NCBI GenBank assembly: GCA_019661865.1
Contig: JAIFWJ010000003.1
Span: 15,441 to 79,440, forward strand
Source of the DNA: Candidatus Parcubacteria bacterium
GTDB lineage: Bacteria; Patescibacteriota; Minisyncoccia; Phycocordibacterales; Zambryskibacteraceae
Direction: 5' to 3'
Length of the DNA: 64,000 bases
The notes beneath the pieces were generated by a model that was given only the letters and a program-made list of their open reading frames with translations, ran no database searches and was not told where the DNA came from. The position numbers were made by a program, and so were the translations under genes. Shown here piece after piece: positions 29,501-38,614 of the stretch. Positions within the stretch are counted from its first letter, which is position 1; every line of letters begins with the position of its first letter.

Positions 29501-29730
29501 CGTGTCCTAGCCGCTACGAATGTATCTACTCCGATGATAGGTTTAATCCCTGCCTCTATGCATTCCTTGTAGAACTCTATGGCTCCATAAAGGTTCCCAG
29601 AATCAGTAAGTGCCAAGGCCGAAGAGCCCATTTTCTTAGCCTCATTTACCAGGTCAGAAACCTTTGGAAGGGCCTCCAGGAGGGAATAGTGAGAGTGGGT
29701 ATGAAGGTGTGTGAACTTCGACATGGCCAT
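26542..29730 (-). CDS. dnaE: DNA polymerase III alpha subunit
   Basis: PHP motif HLHTHSHYSLL, PDIDMD catalytic motif, YGFNKAHA, C-terminal OB fold. Confidence 0.97.
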   Translation of the reverse strand: MAMSKFTHLHTHSHYSLLEALPKVSDLVNEAKKMGSSALALTDSGNLYGAIEFYKECIEAGIKPIIGVDTFVAARTRHDKEARIDSIRSRLVLLVENEIGYKNLLKLVTASYIEGFYYRPRVDRELLEKFHEGLIAIMPSMNGEVVKSLGLEDTDKAGQTLEWYKKTFGLDHFYLEITRHPEIAGHDDKMESLVKFARSTETPIIAGHDIYYIKPEDKPARDTLLSIQTHILSSDNSSFNDEEEDLSFRSPRQMLKDFKDLPEALKNVEKVVNMCNLKLELGKWVFPDIDLGSPTPDEALRKIVTEGLDRRKLEETKEVTERLEYELKIIKDKGYPKYFLVVSDLLRFAHESGILTNVRGSVAGSLVTYLAGITNINPLEYNLPFERFLNPDRPSPPDIDMDFADDRRDEVIEYARQKYGEDHVAQIGTFGTMMARGAVRDVARAMGFSYALGDQIAKLIPLGAQGFPMTIERAYRENPDLKKLYESDPDAKTVLDMAEKIEGNARHISVHAAGVVISPTNLTDYTPLQFDTKGEKKIITQYDMYSIEEAGLLKFDFLGIRNLSIIADAFERIKKIEGKEIHLEDIPIDDKKTFEMLARGETEGTFQLNGDGMTKSLMELKPTTIHDINVMVALYRPGPMDNIQEYILRKHGLKPITYMHPKMKNYLDTTYGVLVYQDDLLMTAIEVAGYSWGEVDKFRKAVGKKIPEEMKKQHIMFVEGCIRHGGMEKDKAEALWNLFVPFQGYGFNKAHAASYGHIAYVTAYLKANFPEIYMSSVLTAESGDVDTIGLMVNECRRMGIDVLPPSVNESFSQFTVVNDPPNPYKIRFGLVTIKNFGQGVSTAIIEERKTGGRFTSLVDFLDRVKDKNLNKKSLESLIKTGALDEFGDRGMLIANLDNLLAYHREHATAPTNQTSLFGLMSDTSTLPTLRLVDAPVATQKEKLLWEKELLGLYISGHPLEEHEEKLSKINQKIGKLADCNKDDPCVIAGLITEVRDVMTKGNERMVFLKLEDRTGHADVVLFPKVFEEFKSLVMLDNCIAVKGRISKRNGETSLLGEKIKAL

Positions 29731-29753
29731 AATTTCTTTAGTATAATACAGGT

Positions 29754-30359
29754 ATTACACCTAAACTCACTAGACAAATCGTAGGTATTGATGAGGCAGG
29801 TAGAGGTCCTCTGGCGGGCCCTGTCGCCGTCGGAGGAGTGGTCATAAAGGCAGGATTTAATAAAAAGTTTTTCAAAGGGATTAAAGATTCTAAGAAGCTT
29901 ACTCCAGAAGAAAGGGGACTCTGGTATCTTCTAGCACTTGAGGCCAAAAGGCAGGATAACTTGGACTTCGCTGTATCTCTTGTTTCTGAAAGGATCATAG
30001 ACAAGCATGGTATTGCGTATGCGATACGGCTGGGTATAAAGAGAGTGATAGAGAAATTAGGAATAGACACCCAGGCTCAAATTTTCTTAGACGGAGGTAT
30101 TAAAGCTCCTGAGAGATTCCCACATCAATTAACTGTCATACGCGGTGATGAAAAGATCCCCGTGGTCTCACTAGCGAGTATTTGTGCCAAGGTTACTCGT
30201 GACAAATACATGATAAAGCTCGGACAGAAGTATCCTGATTTCGACTTCCATGTACATAAGGGGTATGGCACTCTTTTACATAGAGAAAGGTTGAAGAAAT
30301 ATGGCCCCGTTGAGCCACATCGTAGAAGCTTCCTTCGCAACTTGACACTAAAGAAATAA
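29754..30359 (+). CDS. rnhB: Ribonuclease HII with an apparent non-canonical ATT start
   Basis: The catalytic GIDEAGRGPLAGPV motif lies in frame upstream of the tracked GTG at 29838; DSKKL, DGG, ASICAKVTRD, KGYGT. Confidence 0.9.
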   Translation: MTPKLTRQIVGIDEAGRGPLAGPVAVGGVVIKAGFNKKFFKGIKDSKKLTPEERGLWYLLALEAKRQDNLDFAVSLVSERIIDKHGIAYAIRLGIKRVIEKLGIDTQAQIFLDGGIKAPERFPHQLTVIRGDEKIPVVSLASICAKVTRDKYMIKLGQKYPDFDFHVHKGYGTLLHRERLKKYGPVEPHRRSFLRNLTLKK

Positions 30360-30381
30360 CTGTGCTATAATTAAGAAAGAC
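30342..30381 (+). promoter_or_regulatory. Promoter of the Nudix gene
   Basis: TTGACA-N18-TATAAT-N6-AGAC; the -35 lies inside the rnhB 3' end. Confidence 0.7.
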
Positions 30382-30404
30382 CAAAACATAGACCGCGAGG
30401 CCTC

Positions 30405-30896
30405 ATGGTTATCCCTATCGAGAGTTACAATTCTTCTGTCATTGAATGGCGGGAGAGAGAGGGGGTGATCGAGGTCCTGGTCTTGGACTCCACTCCCACG
30501 AACCCAGATTTTCCGGACGATGTCCAAACAAAGTTCCCTGGAGGTGGTGGTGAAGAGGGGGAGTCGCCAGAAGATACCGCTCGTCGAGAGTTCAAAGATG
30601 AGACCGGCCGCTCTATCCGTGAGGATGCAAAGTTAAAGCCGATCTACTCACGACTTGTCGCTGATCATCATAAGGTTGGGTTTCTCGTCCACGAGTCTGA
30701 CTGTGAAGGTCAACTGGATGAGGTGCCCAGACTTGAAGGAGATTCGATTATCAACAATCGGCGGTATCTCACCATCGATCAAGTGATTGCCGATATCTAT
30801 CAGCCAAGGCACAACCAGACTCAGCTACATCTTGTAAGAAACGCTAAACGGGAGATCGAAAAGATCCTCCTAACTCGGGCCCTGCAGAAGGTATAA
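30405..30896 (+). CDS. Nudix hydrolase, stand-alone unit
   Basis: Nudix box GGGEEGESPEDTARREFKDETG. Confidence 0.85.
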   Translation: MVIPIESYNSSVIEWREREGVIEVLVLDSTPTNPDFPDDVQTKFPGGGGEEGESPEDTARREFKDETGRSIREDAKLKPIYSRLVADHHKVGFLVHESDCEGQLDEVPRLEGDSIINNRRYLTIDQVIADIYQPRHNQTQLHLVRNAKREIEKILLTRALQKV

Positions 30897-30946
30897 AAAC
30901 CAAGCGGGGCCTTTCTTTTTTATGAATATTCTGGTAGAGTCGTTTT

Positions 30947-31165
30947 ATGACAGTTCGGATGCGCCATACGAGATCGCAGACAGCAAACCGCCGATCTCAC
31001 CATGCATTATCTAGCCCAACTTTAGTAAAGGAGGGAAATTCTACATACATGCGTCATCGCATGAACCCAGAGACCGGCACTTACAGAGGACGTAAGGTCA
31101 TTGATATGGGCGCTAAGGCAGTAAAACGAGCCGAGAGATCACGCGAGAAGGAGAACGCACGCTAA
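30947..31165 (+). CDS. rpmF: 50S ribosomal protein bL32 (Zn-free)
   Basis: RRSHHAL...RHR....G.YRGRKV. Confidence 0.9.
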   Translation: MTVRMRHTRSQTANRRSHHALSSPTLVKEGNSTYMRHRMNPETGTYRGRKVIDMGAKAVKRAERSREKENAR

Positions 31166-31203
31166 TTCTTCTTCTCGCGTGTCTCAAACAGTTCTTTAAG
31201 ACC

Positions 31204-32130
31204 ATGTCACATAGACATCTTTCACGATCAGTTGTCCTCCAGACTCTTTTCGAGCTTGATTTTAATAAAAGTACAATTGGTAAAAAGAAAGTAGAAGTCA
31301 AACCAATTTTGGATAGAAATGTTCTCGAGTTTGCACCGGAGTCCAAGGACAGACCTTTCATGGACAACTTGACTCACACTGTAGTAGATAAGCAGAAAGA
31401 TCTCGACACTCTCATAGAGAAAGCCGCACCAGATTGGCCACTTGAGAAAATTTCTACAGTAGATAGAAATATTTTACGTATTGGATTGGCAGAATTACTT
31501 TTTGCAGATAGAAATGAAGTGCCTCCTAAGGTAGCTATCAATGAAGCAATCGAGCTTGCCAAGTCATATGGTGGAGAAACCTCAGGCAGATTCGTGAACG
31601 GAGTATTGGGTGCCGTGTATAAAGAAATGGGTGAGCCCGGTAAGGATGAGAAGCCTAGGCCTAAGAAGCGTTACGGCAATGTTCCTGATTCTGAACTTCC
31701 TGTAGAGCGTCTTGCCGGTGCCGTGGTCTTCTCTAAGCACCAGAGTGAAATCTATCTAGCGCTTGTGCATGACATCTTCGGACACTGGACTCTTACTAAA
31801 GGAAGGTTAGCCGAAGGAGAAGAAGAGAAGGATTGTCTTATCCGTAAGGTGCCTCTCGAGATTGGAGTACCAGTTAAGGTGGGTGAAAAGATTGGAGAAA
31901 ACTCATATTCCACATTTCACCCAGAAAGGGGGAAGATGAGAAAGCAGATTTCATATTACATGGCAGAAGCGCCTTTCCAGGAACTTACTCTCGATAACAA
32001 AGAGGAAAAAGGAGGGTTAGATGACGTCAGATGGTTTAAATTGAGTGACATACTTGACCTCAATTTCTACGACGATATACTGCCCATTGTGACAAGGGCT
32101 TTGCAGACCTTGGCAGAGGGAGGTGAATAA
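31204..32130 (+). CDS. nusB: Transcription antitermination factor NusB fused to a degenerate Nudix domain
   Basis: [37 protein letters not shown]; C-terminal WTLTKG...EIG Nudix-like fold. Confidence 0.9.
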   Translation: MSHRHLSRSVVLQTLFELDFNKSTIGKKKVEVKPILDRNVLEFAPESKDRPFMDNLTHTVVDKQKDLDTLIEKAAPDWPLEKISTVDRNILRIGLAELLFADRNEVPPKVAINEAIELAKSYGGETSGRFVNGVLGAVYKEMGEPGKDEKPRPKKRYGNVPDSELPVERLAGAVVFSKHQSEIYLALVHDIFGHWTLTKGRLAEGEEEKDCLIRKVPLEIGVPVKVGEKIGENSYSTFHPERGKMRKQISYYMAEAPFQELTLDNKEEKGGLDDVRWFKLSDILDLNFYDDILPIVTRALQTLAEGGE

Positions 32131-32136
32131 AGATAT

Positions 32137-32826
32137 ATGGATTTTTCTAAATTTGAAGAGAAGGCAGGAGTGAACTTCCATGATAAGGCACTCCTCAAAC
32201 AGGCTTTTACCCATCGCTCATATATAAATGAGAATCGTTCTAGTGCCGGAGAACACAATGAAAGATTGGAGTTCTTAGGTGATGCGGTGCTTGAACTTGT
32301 GGTTACAGACTTTCTATATAAAAAGTTTACAGAAATGGACGAAGGCGAGCTCACTAGTCTACGTTCTGCATTAGTAAATGCAGATACATGTGCACTGGTA
32401 GCTAGCCGGCTCGGTGCTAATGATTATCTGTTACTCTCCAAGGGTGAGACCAAGGATCAAGGTCGGGCAAGACAGTACATATTGGCGAACACTTTAGAAG
32501 CTATCATCGGAGCAATCTATCTAGACCAAGGATTTGAATCTACTAAAGAATTTATCTTGCATAATATTACTTCTCTAACTGATGAGATTGTGAAGAGTGG
32601 TGCCTGGGTAGACTCTAAGAGCCTTTTCCAAGAAAGATCCCAAGAGCATGAAGGTATAACCCCAGTTTATAAGACTCTCAGAGAAAGCGGTCCAGATCAT
32701 GATAAACACTTCACTGTAGGGGTCTACCTGGAGAAAGAACTGATAGGTGAAGGAGACGGCAAGTCCAAGCAGGATGCCGAGCAAGCCGCGGCGCGAGAAG
32801 GTTTAAAAAGCAAAAATTGGCATTAG
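32137..32826 (+). CDS. rnc: Ribonuclease III
   Basis: NERLEFLGDAVL signature plus a dsRBD. Confidence 0.97.
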   Translation: MDFSKFEEKAGVNFHDKALLKQAFTHRSYINENRSSAGEHNERLEFLGDAVLELVVTDFLYKKFTEMDEGELTSLRSALVNADTCALVASRLGANDYLLLSKGETKDQGRARQYILANTLEAIIGAIYLDQGFESTKEFILHNITSLTDEIVKSGAWVDSKSLFQERSQEHEGITPVYKTLRESGPDHDKHFTVGVYLEKELIGEGDGKSKQDAEQAAAREGLKSKNWH

Positions 32827-32881
32827 ATTAGTGTCAATAAAGACTAGCTAATAAATATACTTAGGGTTTATAATTAAACCA

Positions 32882-33136
32882 ATGGTGCATTCACATAAAG
32901 TTGGCTGGATAACTAAATGGGTTTTAAAGAAAAGACTTGCTGGAACTATTGCTGGGGCTGAAAGATTTCTTCTTCTAACCTCGACGATATGCATAACTTT
33001 ATCCATTTCAATATTTGTTCGATATCAGCCACCGAAAAGTATTAGTTTAACACCGGAAGACAAGCAGAAGATTCTAGCCCTAATGTATCAAGTAGAGGCC
33101 AGACGGTCAGAGTATTTGAAAGGAATTTCTAATTAA
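32882..33136 (+). CDS. Small single-TM protein
   Basis: TM segment; ATG 7 nt after TATAAT; resembles 33711-33998. Confidence 0.6.
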   Translation: MVHSHKVGWITKWVLKKRLAGTIAGAERFLLLTSTICITLSISIFVRYQPPKSISLTPEDKQKILALMYQVEARRSEYLKGISN

Positions 33137-33140
33137 TATC

Positions 33141-33659
33141 TTAGAAACCTATATACTGATAACAGTACCAGTATACGGTATCTTCTATGCCGGAAGGGCC
33201 GTTACACTGAGAGTCATCCAAGGGATTTTCTTGCATCCACAAGAGCCACACGCTACCAGGTCCATTGGCATCATCGGGAGAGTACTCATACACAAGTCTG
33301 TTGTAGGCTATTGTGCCTGGTATAGCATTGTTTACGGGCAAGGTCCTCAGATAGGGTGCTAGGTTCGTTATGAGTAAATCGTCTCCATCCTTGACCCCTG
33401 CATAGCAAGTTTCGCCGGAAGGTGCCAGGCAGCGATAGTAAACATCAGCTGGATTGCCAGAATTTGGAAAATGACCGTAGTCATTGTAATAAAGGTTCAA
33501 GGCTGTAACCACCGAATCCTTGTTCTGTCTCCTCCTTGAGTCCTCGGCAGTTATTCTTGCTCGGGTTAGAGCGGCGAAGATGATTGAAGAGAGTAAACCA
33601 ATAATGGCGATAACTACTAAGAGTTCTATAAGGGTAAAGCCACGCTGGTCCTCTTTCAT
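33141..33659 (-). CDS. Type IV pilin / pseudopilin
   Basis: Class III signal QRG-FTLIELLVVIAIIGLL; Cys pairs. Confidence 0.92.
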   Translation of the reverse strand: MKEDQRGFTLIELLVVIAIIGLLSSIIFAALTRARITAEDSRRRQNKDSVVTALNLYYNDYGHFPNSGNPADVYYRCLAPSGETCYAGVKDGDDLLITNLAPYLRTLPVNNAIPGTIAYNRLVYEYSPDDANGPGSVWLLWMQENPLDDSQCNGPSGIEDTVYWYCYQYIGF

Positions 33660-33710
33660 TTGTGTCTAATTATTCTATAGAAGTTCCTAAAATGCTAGTA
33701 TAGTTATACA

Positions 33711-33998
33711 ATGTCAGTCCAGTTTGACGAGCAACCGGATCTTTACATTCCTCCAGCTTCAGCAAATGAGGTGGGAGGACTTGCCGGGCTCATAATGAAG
33801 ACCCATATAGTTACTACTCAAAGCCAAGCGGAGAAGGTACTTCTTGGGTTGGCTCTTGCAGTCTTCGCTACAGCTTCACTTATCTTTTTCACAATTTCGG
33901 GAGGAAAGAACTACAATCCTTCCGCAATAGAGAAGGCCCAGATTAAGGCTAAGTTCGATAATATAGAAGCCACTAGGAAACCACCTACTGGAACTTAA
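33711..33998 (+). CDS. Small single-TM protein
   Basis: TM segment; ATG 6 nt after TATAGT. Confidence 0.65.
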   Translation: MSVQFDEQPDLYIPPASANEVGGLAGLIMKTHIVTTQSQAEKVLLGLALAVFATASLIFFTISGGKNYNPSAIEKAQIKAKFDNIEATRKPPTGT

Positions 33999-34003
33999 GG
34001 TTT

Positions 34004-36238
34004 ATGCTTCATCTCAAGTCTATTGAATTGTCGGGATTCAAATCCTTCGCCAAGAAGAGTGTCTTAGAATTTACCACTCCAGTTTCTGCAATTGTTGGAC
34101 CCAACGGTTCTGGTAAGTCGAATGTAGCCGAGGCCTTTCGCTTTGTTTTAGGAGAGCAATCCATTAAATCTATGCGAGGCAAGAAGGGTGAAGATCTTAT
34201 ATTTAATGGAGCGGGTGGAGAATCCCGGGCCAACAGAGCCTTTGTGAAGGTGGTCTTCGACAACTCCAATAGACTTTTCTCTGTGGATTTCCCCGAAGTC
34301 ACTATAGAGAGAGTGGTCCATCGAGATGGAGTAAATGAATATCTTATAAATGGAAGTCAGGTGAGACTCCGAGATGTCTTGGAACTTCTAGCCAGAGCTC
34401 ATATTGGCGCATCAGGACACCACATTATCTCTCAGGGAGAGGCAGATAAGATCTTAAATGCCTCAACCCGCGAAAGAAAGAGTATGATCGAGGACGCACT
34501 GGGACTTAAGCTTTATCAGTATAAGAGAGCCGAGAGTGAGAAAAAGCTTGAAAAAACTTTTGAAAATATCCAGCAAGTTGAGTCATTAAGAAAGGAGATC
34601 GCTCCGCATATTAGATTTCTAAAGAAGCAGACAGAAAAGATAGAGAAAGCCGAGAGTGTTCGCCTTGAGCTCGAGACTCTAGGACAAGAGTATCTTCGAC
34701 GCGAGGAAGATTATTTAAATAAAGAGAGAGATTTAATACACACAGAGAAGAAACCGATACTGGCAAGACTAAAGGTCTTGGATGAGGAGCTCGGAAATGC
34801 TCGTAAAATCTTAGAGAATTTCGGTAAGAAAAATAAGAAAGATTTCGAAGTGCTTGATATAGAAGCTGAAATAGCCAGTGCAAGGGCGGAAAAGGACAGA
34901 CTAATGCGTGAACTGGGTAAGGTGGAGGGATCAGTGGAGGCCCAAGAAAGAATGTTAAGAAGTGAGAAGGATCGGATAACGAATGCTGAGGAGAAAACAG
35001 TGCGTCTCCGAGACGTAGAAGAACTACAGTCTGATATAGAAGATGAAATAAAATCTGCAGAAGGAGATTCGAATAATCTAATTAAAGTTTTATATAGAGT
35101 TCTCGATAAAATTAGCTCCTTTATAAAATCCAAGAAAGTGGATACAAACTCACCCGGGGTAAAAGAGGTCGAGAGAGCTCTTTCAGAACTCGGTAAGGAG
35201 AAAGAGAAACTGGAAAAAGAGCTCAAACGCTCGGATGAAAGAGAGAAGAGTCTACGAGAGAAATATGAAAATCTGAAAAAAGAAATTGAGAAGGACAAAG
35301 ATACTTCCCACGATGCGGAGAAGAAGGTCTTCACCATCATGTCGGAGGAAAATGAACTTCGTTCTAGAGAAGAATCTCTAAGAATAAGAGAGGAGCAATA
35401 CAAACACCTCTTTGAGAACTTCAAGCGCGACTTGGAAGAAATATCCAAGATCGCAGGACCAAGTATTTTAGGATTTAGGTCAGTCTCTGTTACTCATGAA
35501 GACAGATCGAAGCAGGAAGACAGAAGACATGATGTGGAGAGACTCAAAATTAGACTTGAGGAGTCTGGTGTCTCGGGAGCAGGGGACATTATGAAGGAGT
35601 TTAAAGAAGTTTCTGAGCGAGATGAGTTTCTTTCGCGTGAGCTCCTCGACTTGGAGAAGTCGGCTGAGAGTCTCAAGACCTTAATAAAGGAGCTTGAGGA
35701 GAGACTCAATGAAGAATTTAAGTCAGGACTCGAGAAAATAAATAAAGAATTTAATACACTCTTCACCATGATGTTCGGCGGTGGAGAAGCGCATCTGACT
35801 CTTACTAAAGAGAAGAAAAGACGAATAGGGGATCTAGAAATTGAAGAAGGTATAGATCAGGAAGTAGGAGAGGAGGTGATAGAGGAAGGATTAGATATTG
35901 CTGTAAATCTTCCAAGGAAAAAGATCAGAGGGCTAGCTATGCTCTCAGGCGGCGAGAGAGCTCTGACCTCCATTGCACTCCTCTTCGCCATTACAGAAGT
36001 AAATCCTCCACCATTCATCATTCTCGATGAGACCGATGCAGCATTAGATGAAGCCAATTCTAAAAAATATGGTGACATTGCCGAGAGGCTTTCCAAGCGC
36101 TCGCAACTTATCCTTATCACTCATAACAGAGAGACCATGAGTCGTGCTGGAGTTATATATGGTGTAACCATGTCTGGAACCGGTGTTTCTAAACTTCTAT
36201 CTATTGCCTTCGACCAAGCAGTAGAGGTTGCAAAATAG
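34004..36238 (+). CDS. smc: SMC-family ATPase, short form with no recognisable hinge
   Basis: GFKSFA, GPNGSGKSN Walker A, LSGGE signature, IILDETDAALD Walker B/D-loop, ITH; 744 aa. Confidence 0.88.
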   Translation: MLHLKSIELSGFKSFAKKSVLEFTTPVSAIVGPNGSGKSNVAEAFRFVLGEQSIKSMRGKKGEDLIFNGAGGESRANRAFVKVVFDNSNRLFSVDFPEVTIERVVHRDGVNEYLINGSQVRLRDVLELLARAHIGASGHHIISQGEADKILNASTRERKSMIEDALGLKLYQYKRAESEKKLEKTFENIQQVESLRKEIAPHIRFLKKQTEKIEKAESVRLELETLGQEYLRREEDYLNKERDLIHTEKKPILARLKVLDEELGNARKILENFGKKNKKDFEVLDIEAEIASARAEKDRLMRELGKVEGSVEAQERMLRSEKDRITNAEEKTVRLRDVEELQSDIEDEIKSAEGDSNNLIKVLYRVLDKISSFIKSKKVDTNSPGVKEVERALSELGKEKEKLEKELKRSDEREKSLREKYENLKKEIEKDKDTSHDAEKKVFTIMSEENELRSREESLRIREEQYKHLFENFKRDLEEISKIAGPSILGFRSVSVTHEDRSKQEDRRHDVERLKIRLEESGVSGAGDIMKEFKEVSERDEFLSRELLDLEKSAESLKTLIKELEERLNEEFKSGLEKINKEFNTLFTMMFGGGEAHLTLTKEKKRRIGDLEIEEGIDQEVGEEVIEEGLDIAVNLPRKKIRGLAMLSGGERALTSIALLFAITEVNPPPFIILDETDAALDEANSKKYGDIAERLSKRSQLILITHNRETMSRAGVIYGVTMSGTGVSKLLSIAFDQAVEVAK

Positions 36239-36289
36239 CTCTTGCTGAACTACTCTTTCCCTAGTCCGCACAACTGACATGGAGGACAT

Positions 36290-36595
36290 ATGGGTAAAAA
36301 GGGCTTTGGTACAATTAGCAAGGAGAGGCATCTACAGATCGCAAGTACTGGCGGCAAGGCAGCTCATGCCAAGGGTAGAGCTCACGAGTGGGACACTGAG
36401 GCAGCCCGTGAAGCAGGTAGAAAGGGAGGACAAAAGATCTCCAAGGATCGTGAATACATGCGTGAGCTTGGTCGCAAAGGCGGGCATGCTCGCAAAGGTG
36501 TCAAAAACCGTCCGAGGATCCGAGCCTCGCAGCCTGACAAGGTTATGTCAGACCTGGATCTCAGATCAAGTGAGTTCCAAACCGGCAATGCATAA
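36290..36595 (+). CDS. KGG-repeat stress protein (YciG/Con-10/GsiB-like)
   Basis: IASTGGKA, AREAGRKGG and MRELGRKGG repeats; GGAGG SD. Confidence 0.85.
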   Translation: MGKKGFGTISKERHLQIASTGGKAAHAKGRAHEWDTEAAREAGRKGGQKISKDREYMRELGRKGGHARKGVKNRPRIRASQPDKVMSDLDLRSSEFQTGNA

Positions 36596-36602
36596 GTGAT
36601 AT

Positions 36603-36624
36603 GAGCGACATAGTCGCTCTTTTT
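36603..36624 (+). terminator. Intrinsic terminator
   Basis: GAGCGAC-ATA-GTCGCTC-TTTTT. Confidence 0.75.
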
Positions 36625-36642
36625 ATATAAATTTTAAATAAA

Positions 36643-38556
36643 TTATATAAACTGGAAGTCTAAAGTTTTTCTTTCGTGATCTGCGTTTGTTAATTTCACT
36701 CTGACCCTGTCACCGAGGGAGTACTTTTTACCAGTGTTCTTGCCAATAACTGCATAGATCTTCTCATTTAATTCATAGTAGTCATCGGTCATGTCTTTCA
36801 AACGAACCATGCCTTCTGCTTTAGTATTAACTTCTTCCACATATATGCCCCACTCAGATACACCAGAGACGACAGCGTCGAAGTCTTCTCCCACATGAGT
36901 CTCCATGTACTCAACTTGTTTGTACTTGATGCTTGTACGTTCTGCATCGGCTGCTTCTATCTCACGCTCGGATGCTTCATCGGAAAGTCTCTGATACTTT
37001 ATCATTTCATCTTGTTCGATCATCCCTTTATCCAAGAATCTCTGAAGTAATCTGTGTACCAATAAGTCTGGGTATCTGCGGATAGGAGAAGTGAAATGAG
37101 TATAATACTCGAAGGCAAGACCGAAGTGTCCAATGTTTGAGGTCGAGTACACCGCCTTAGACATGGCGCGTATAGAAGCAGTCTTTATAAGCATCTCAGC
37201 AGGAGAACCTTCTACAGAACGGAGCATCTTGGCAATATTTTCTCCGGTGGTTTCTCCTTCTTTATTCTTAAGTTCGAAGCCGAGAGCCTTCACAAATGTA
37301 GCCAGATTTATAATTTTCTCTCGGTCTGGTGCATCGTGGATACGGTAAACAAATGCAGCTTTAGAGTTAGAAGTCTCTGCATGCATGTATGTAGCCACTT
37401 CACGGTTAGCAAGAAGCATGAAGTCCTCAACTAACTTGTGAGTATCTTTACGAACTTTCTTGAATACTTTGATTGGTCTGCCAGTATCATCGAGTTCGAA
37501 CTTCACTTCTTCAGTTTCGAAGTCTATAGCACCCATTTTGTATCTCTCTTCACGCAGTTTGTATGCCAATTCGTTAAGGAGTTTAAGTTCTTCATAAAAG
37601 ACACCGGACTTTTTATCCAAGATTTCTTGTGCTTCTTCGTATGTAAAACGTTTGTCGGAATTTATAAGTGTCTTCCCGAACCATCTGTGGGAGACCTCTC
37701 CTTCTTTATCTAATACGAACACGGAAGAGAATGCGTACTTGTCCTCATTTGCATTTAGTGAACAGAGATCGTTTGAGAGGATTTCAGGGAGCATCGGTAT
37801 GGTGCGGTCCACAAGGTATATGGAGGTGCCGCGCTTCTGTGCCTCATGATCAAGTTCAGACTTGGGGGTGACGAAGTGAGATACATCAGCTATGTGAATA
37901 CCAATTTCAAACTTCCCGTTATCTAAAATTTTTATTGATATGGCATCGTCGAAGTCCTTGGCATCGACTGGGTCTATGGTAAAGGTTGTTGTGTTTCTAA
38001 AATCTTTTCTGCCCTTAAGATGGTCCTCCTTTTCAAACTTTTTCTTCCAAGCTTCCGCTTCTTTCTCTACAGCTGGTGGGAAACCTACTTCGAACCCAGA
38101 TTCATAAACGATACCGAGCATCTCTGCATTATGCTCACCAGCACGGCCAATGATACGAAGTACACGGCCGTGTGGACTCTTGAGCGGATCTTCCCATTTA
38201 ATCAGCTCTGTCTGGACCTTGCTCCCAGATTCTGCACCTTGTGACTCGCCTTTAGGGATGAAAATATCTCTGTACATGCGCTTGTCGTCAGGTACCACGA
38301 AGCCGTCTCCCATAGTGTCATCAGCTTTTTCAAATGTGCCGACGAAGGCCGTCTTTCTACGACGTACGATTTCTACGACCTTGGCCTGTTTCCTACTAAA
38401 TCTCTCTGTACCCATGGGCACGACCTTAACAGTGTCGCCGTTAAGAGCAGTTTTAAGATTTTCAGGTTGTACTTCGAAGTCCTCCTCCATTTCCGGGATG
38501 GGGAAATAGCCTATACCCTTGCCTGTGACTCGTATAACGCCTTCCAGTGGATTCAT
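36643..38556 (-). CDS. rnr: Ribonuclease R (RNB family), no N-terminal HTH
   Basis: TIDPVDAKDFDDA, HIADVS, YTHFTSPIRRYPD, C-terminal S1 domain; alternative start at 38565. Confidence 0.95.
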   Translation of the reverse strand: MNPLEGVIRVTGKGIGYFPIPEMEEDFEVQPENLKTALNGDTVKVVPMGTERFSRKQAKVVEIVRRRKTAFVGTFEKADDTMGDGFVVPDDKRMYRDIFIPKGESQGAESGSKVQTELIKWEDPLKSPHGRVLRIIGRAGEHNAEMLGIVYESGFEVGFPPAVEKEAEAWKKKFEKEDHLKGRKDFRNTTTFTIDPVDAKDFDDAISIKILDNGKFEIGIHIADVSHFVTPKSELDHEAQKRGTSIYLVDRTIPMLPEILSNDLCSLNANEDKYAFSSVFVLDKEGEVSHRWFGKTLINSDKRFTYEEAQEILDKKSGVFYEELKLLNELAYKLREERYKMGAIDFETEEVKFELDDTGRPIKVFKKVRKDTHKLVEDFMLLANREVATYMHAETSNSKAAFVYRIHDAPDREKIINLATFVKALGFELKNKEGETTGENIAKMLRSVEGSPAEMLIKTASIRAMSKAVYSTSNIGHFGLAFEYYTHFTSPIRRYPDLLVHRLLQRFLDKGMIEQDEMIKYQRLSDEASEREIEAADAERTSIKYKQVEYMETHVGEDFDAVVSGVSEWGIYVEEVNTKAEGMVRLKDMTDDYYELNEKIYAVIGKNTGKKYSLGDRVRVKLTNADHERKTLDFQFI

Positions 38557-38614
38557 GATTTGCATACTATATCAGACGTTGACCAGAGCCCCAATCCTTG
38601 ATACTCTAAGGCCC

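Noticed and set aside
29838-30359. rnhB starting at GTG 29838
   Set aside because: This start would omit the catalytic DEAGRG motif encoded in frame upstream.
36279-36599. 106-aa ORF overlapping the KGG protein
   Set aside because: The alternative frame at 36290 has the SD and recognisable KGG repeats.
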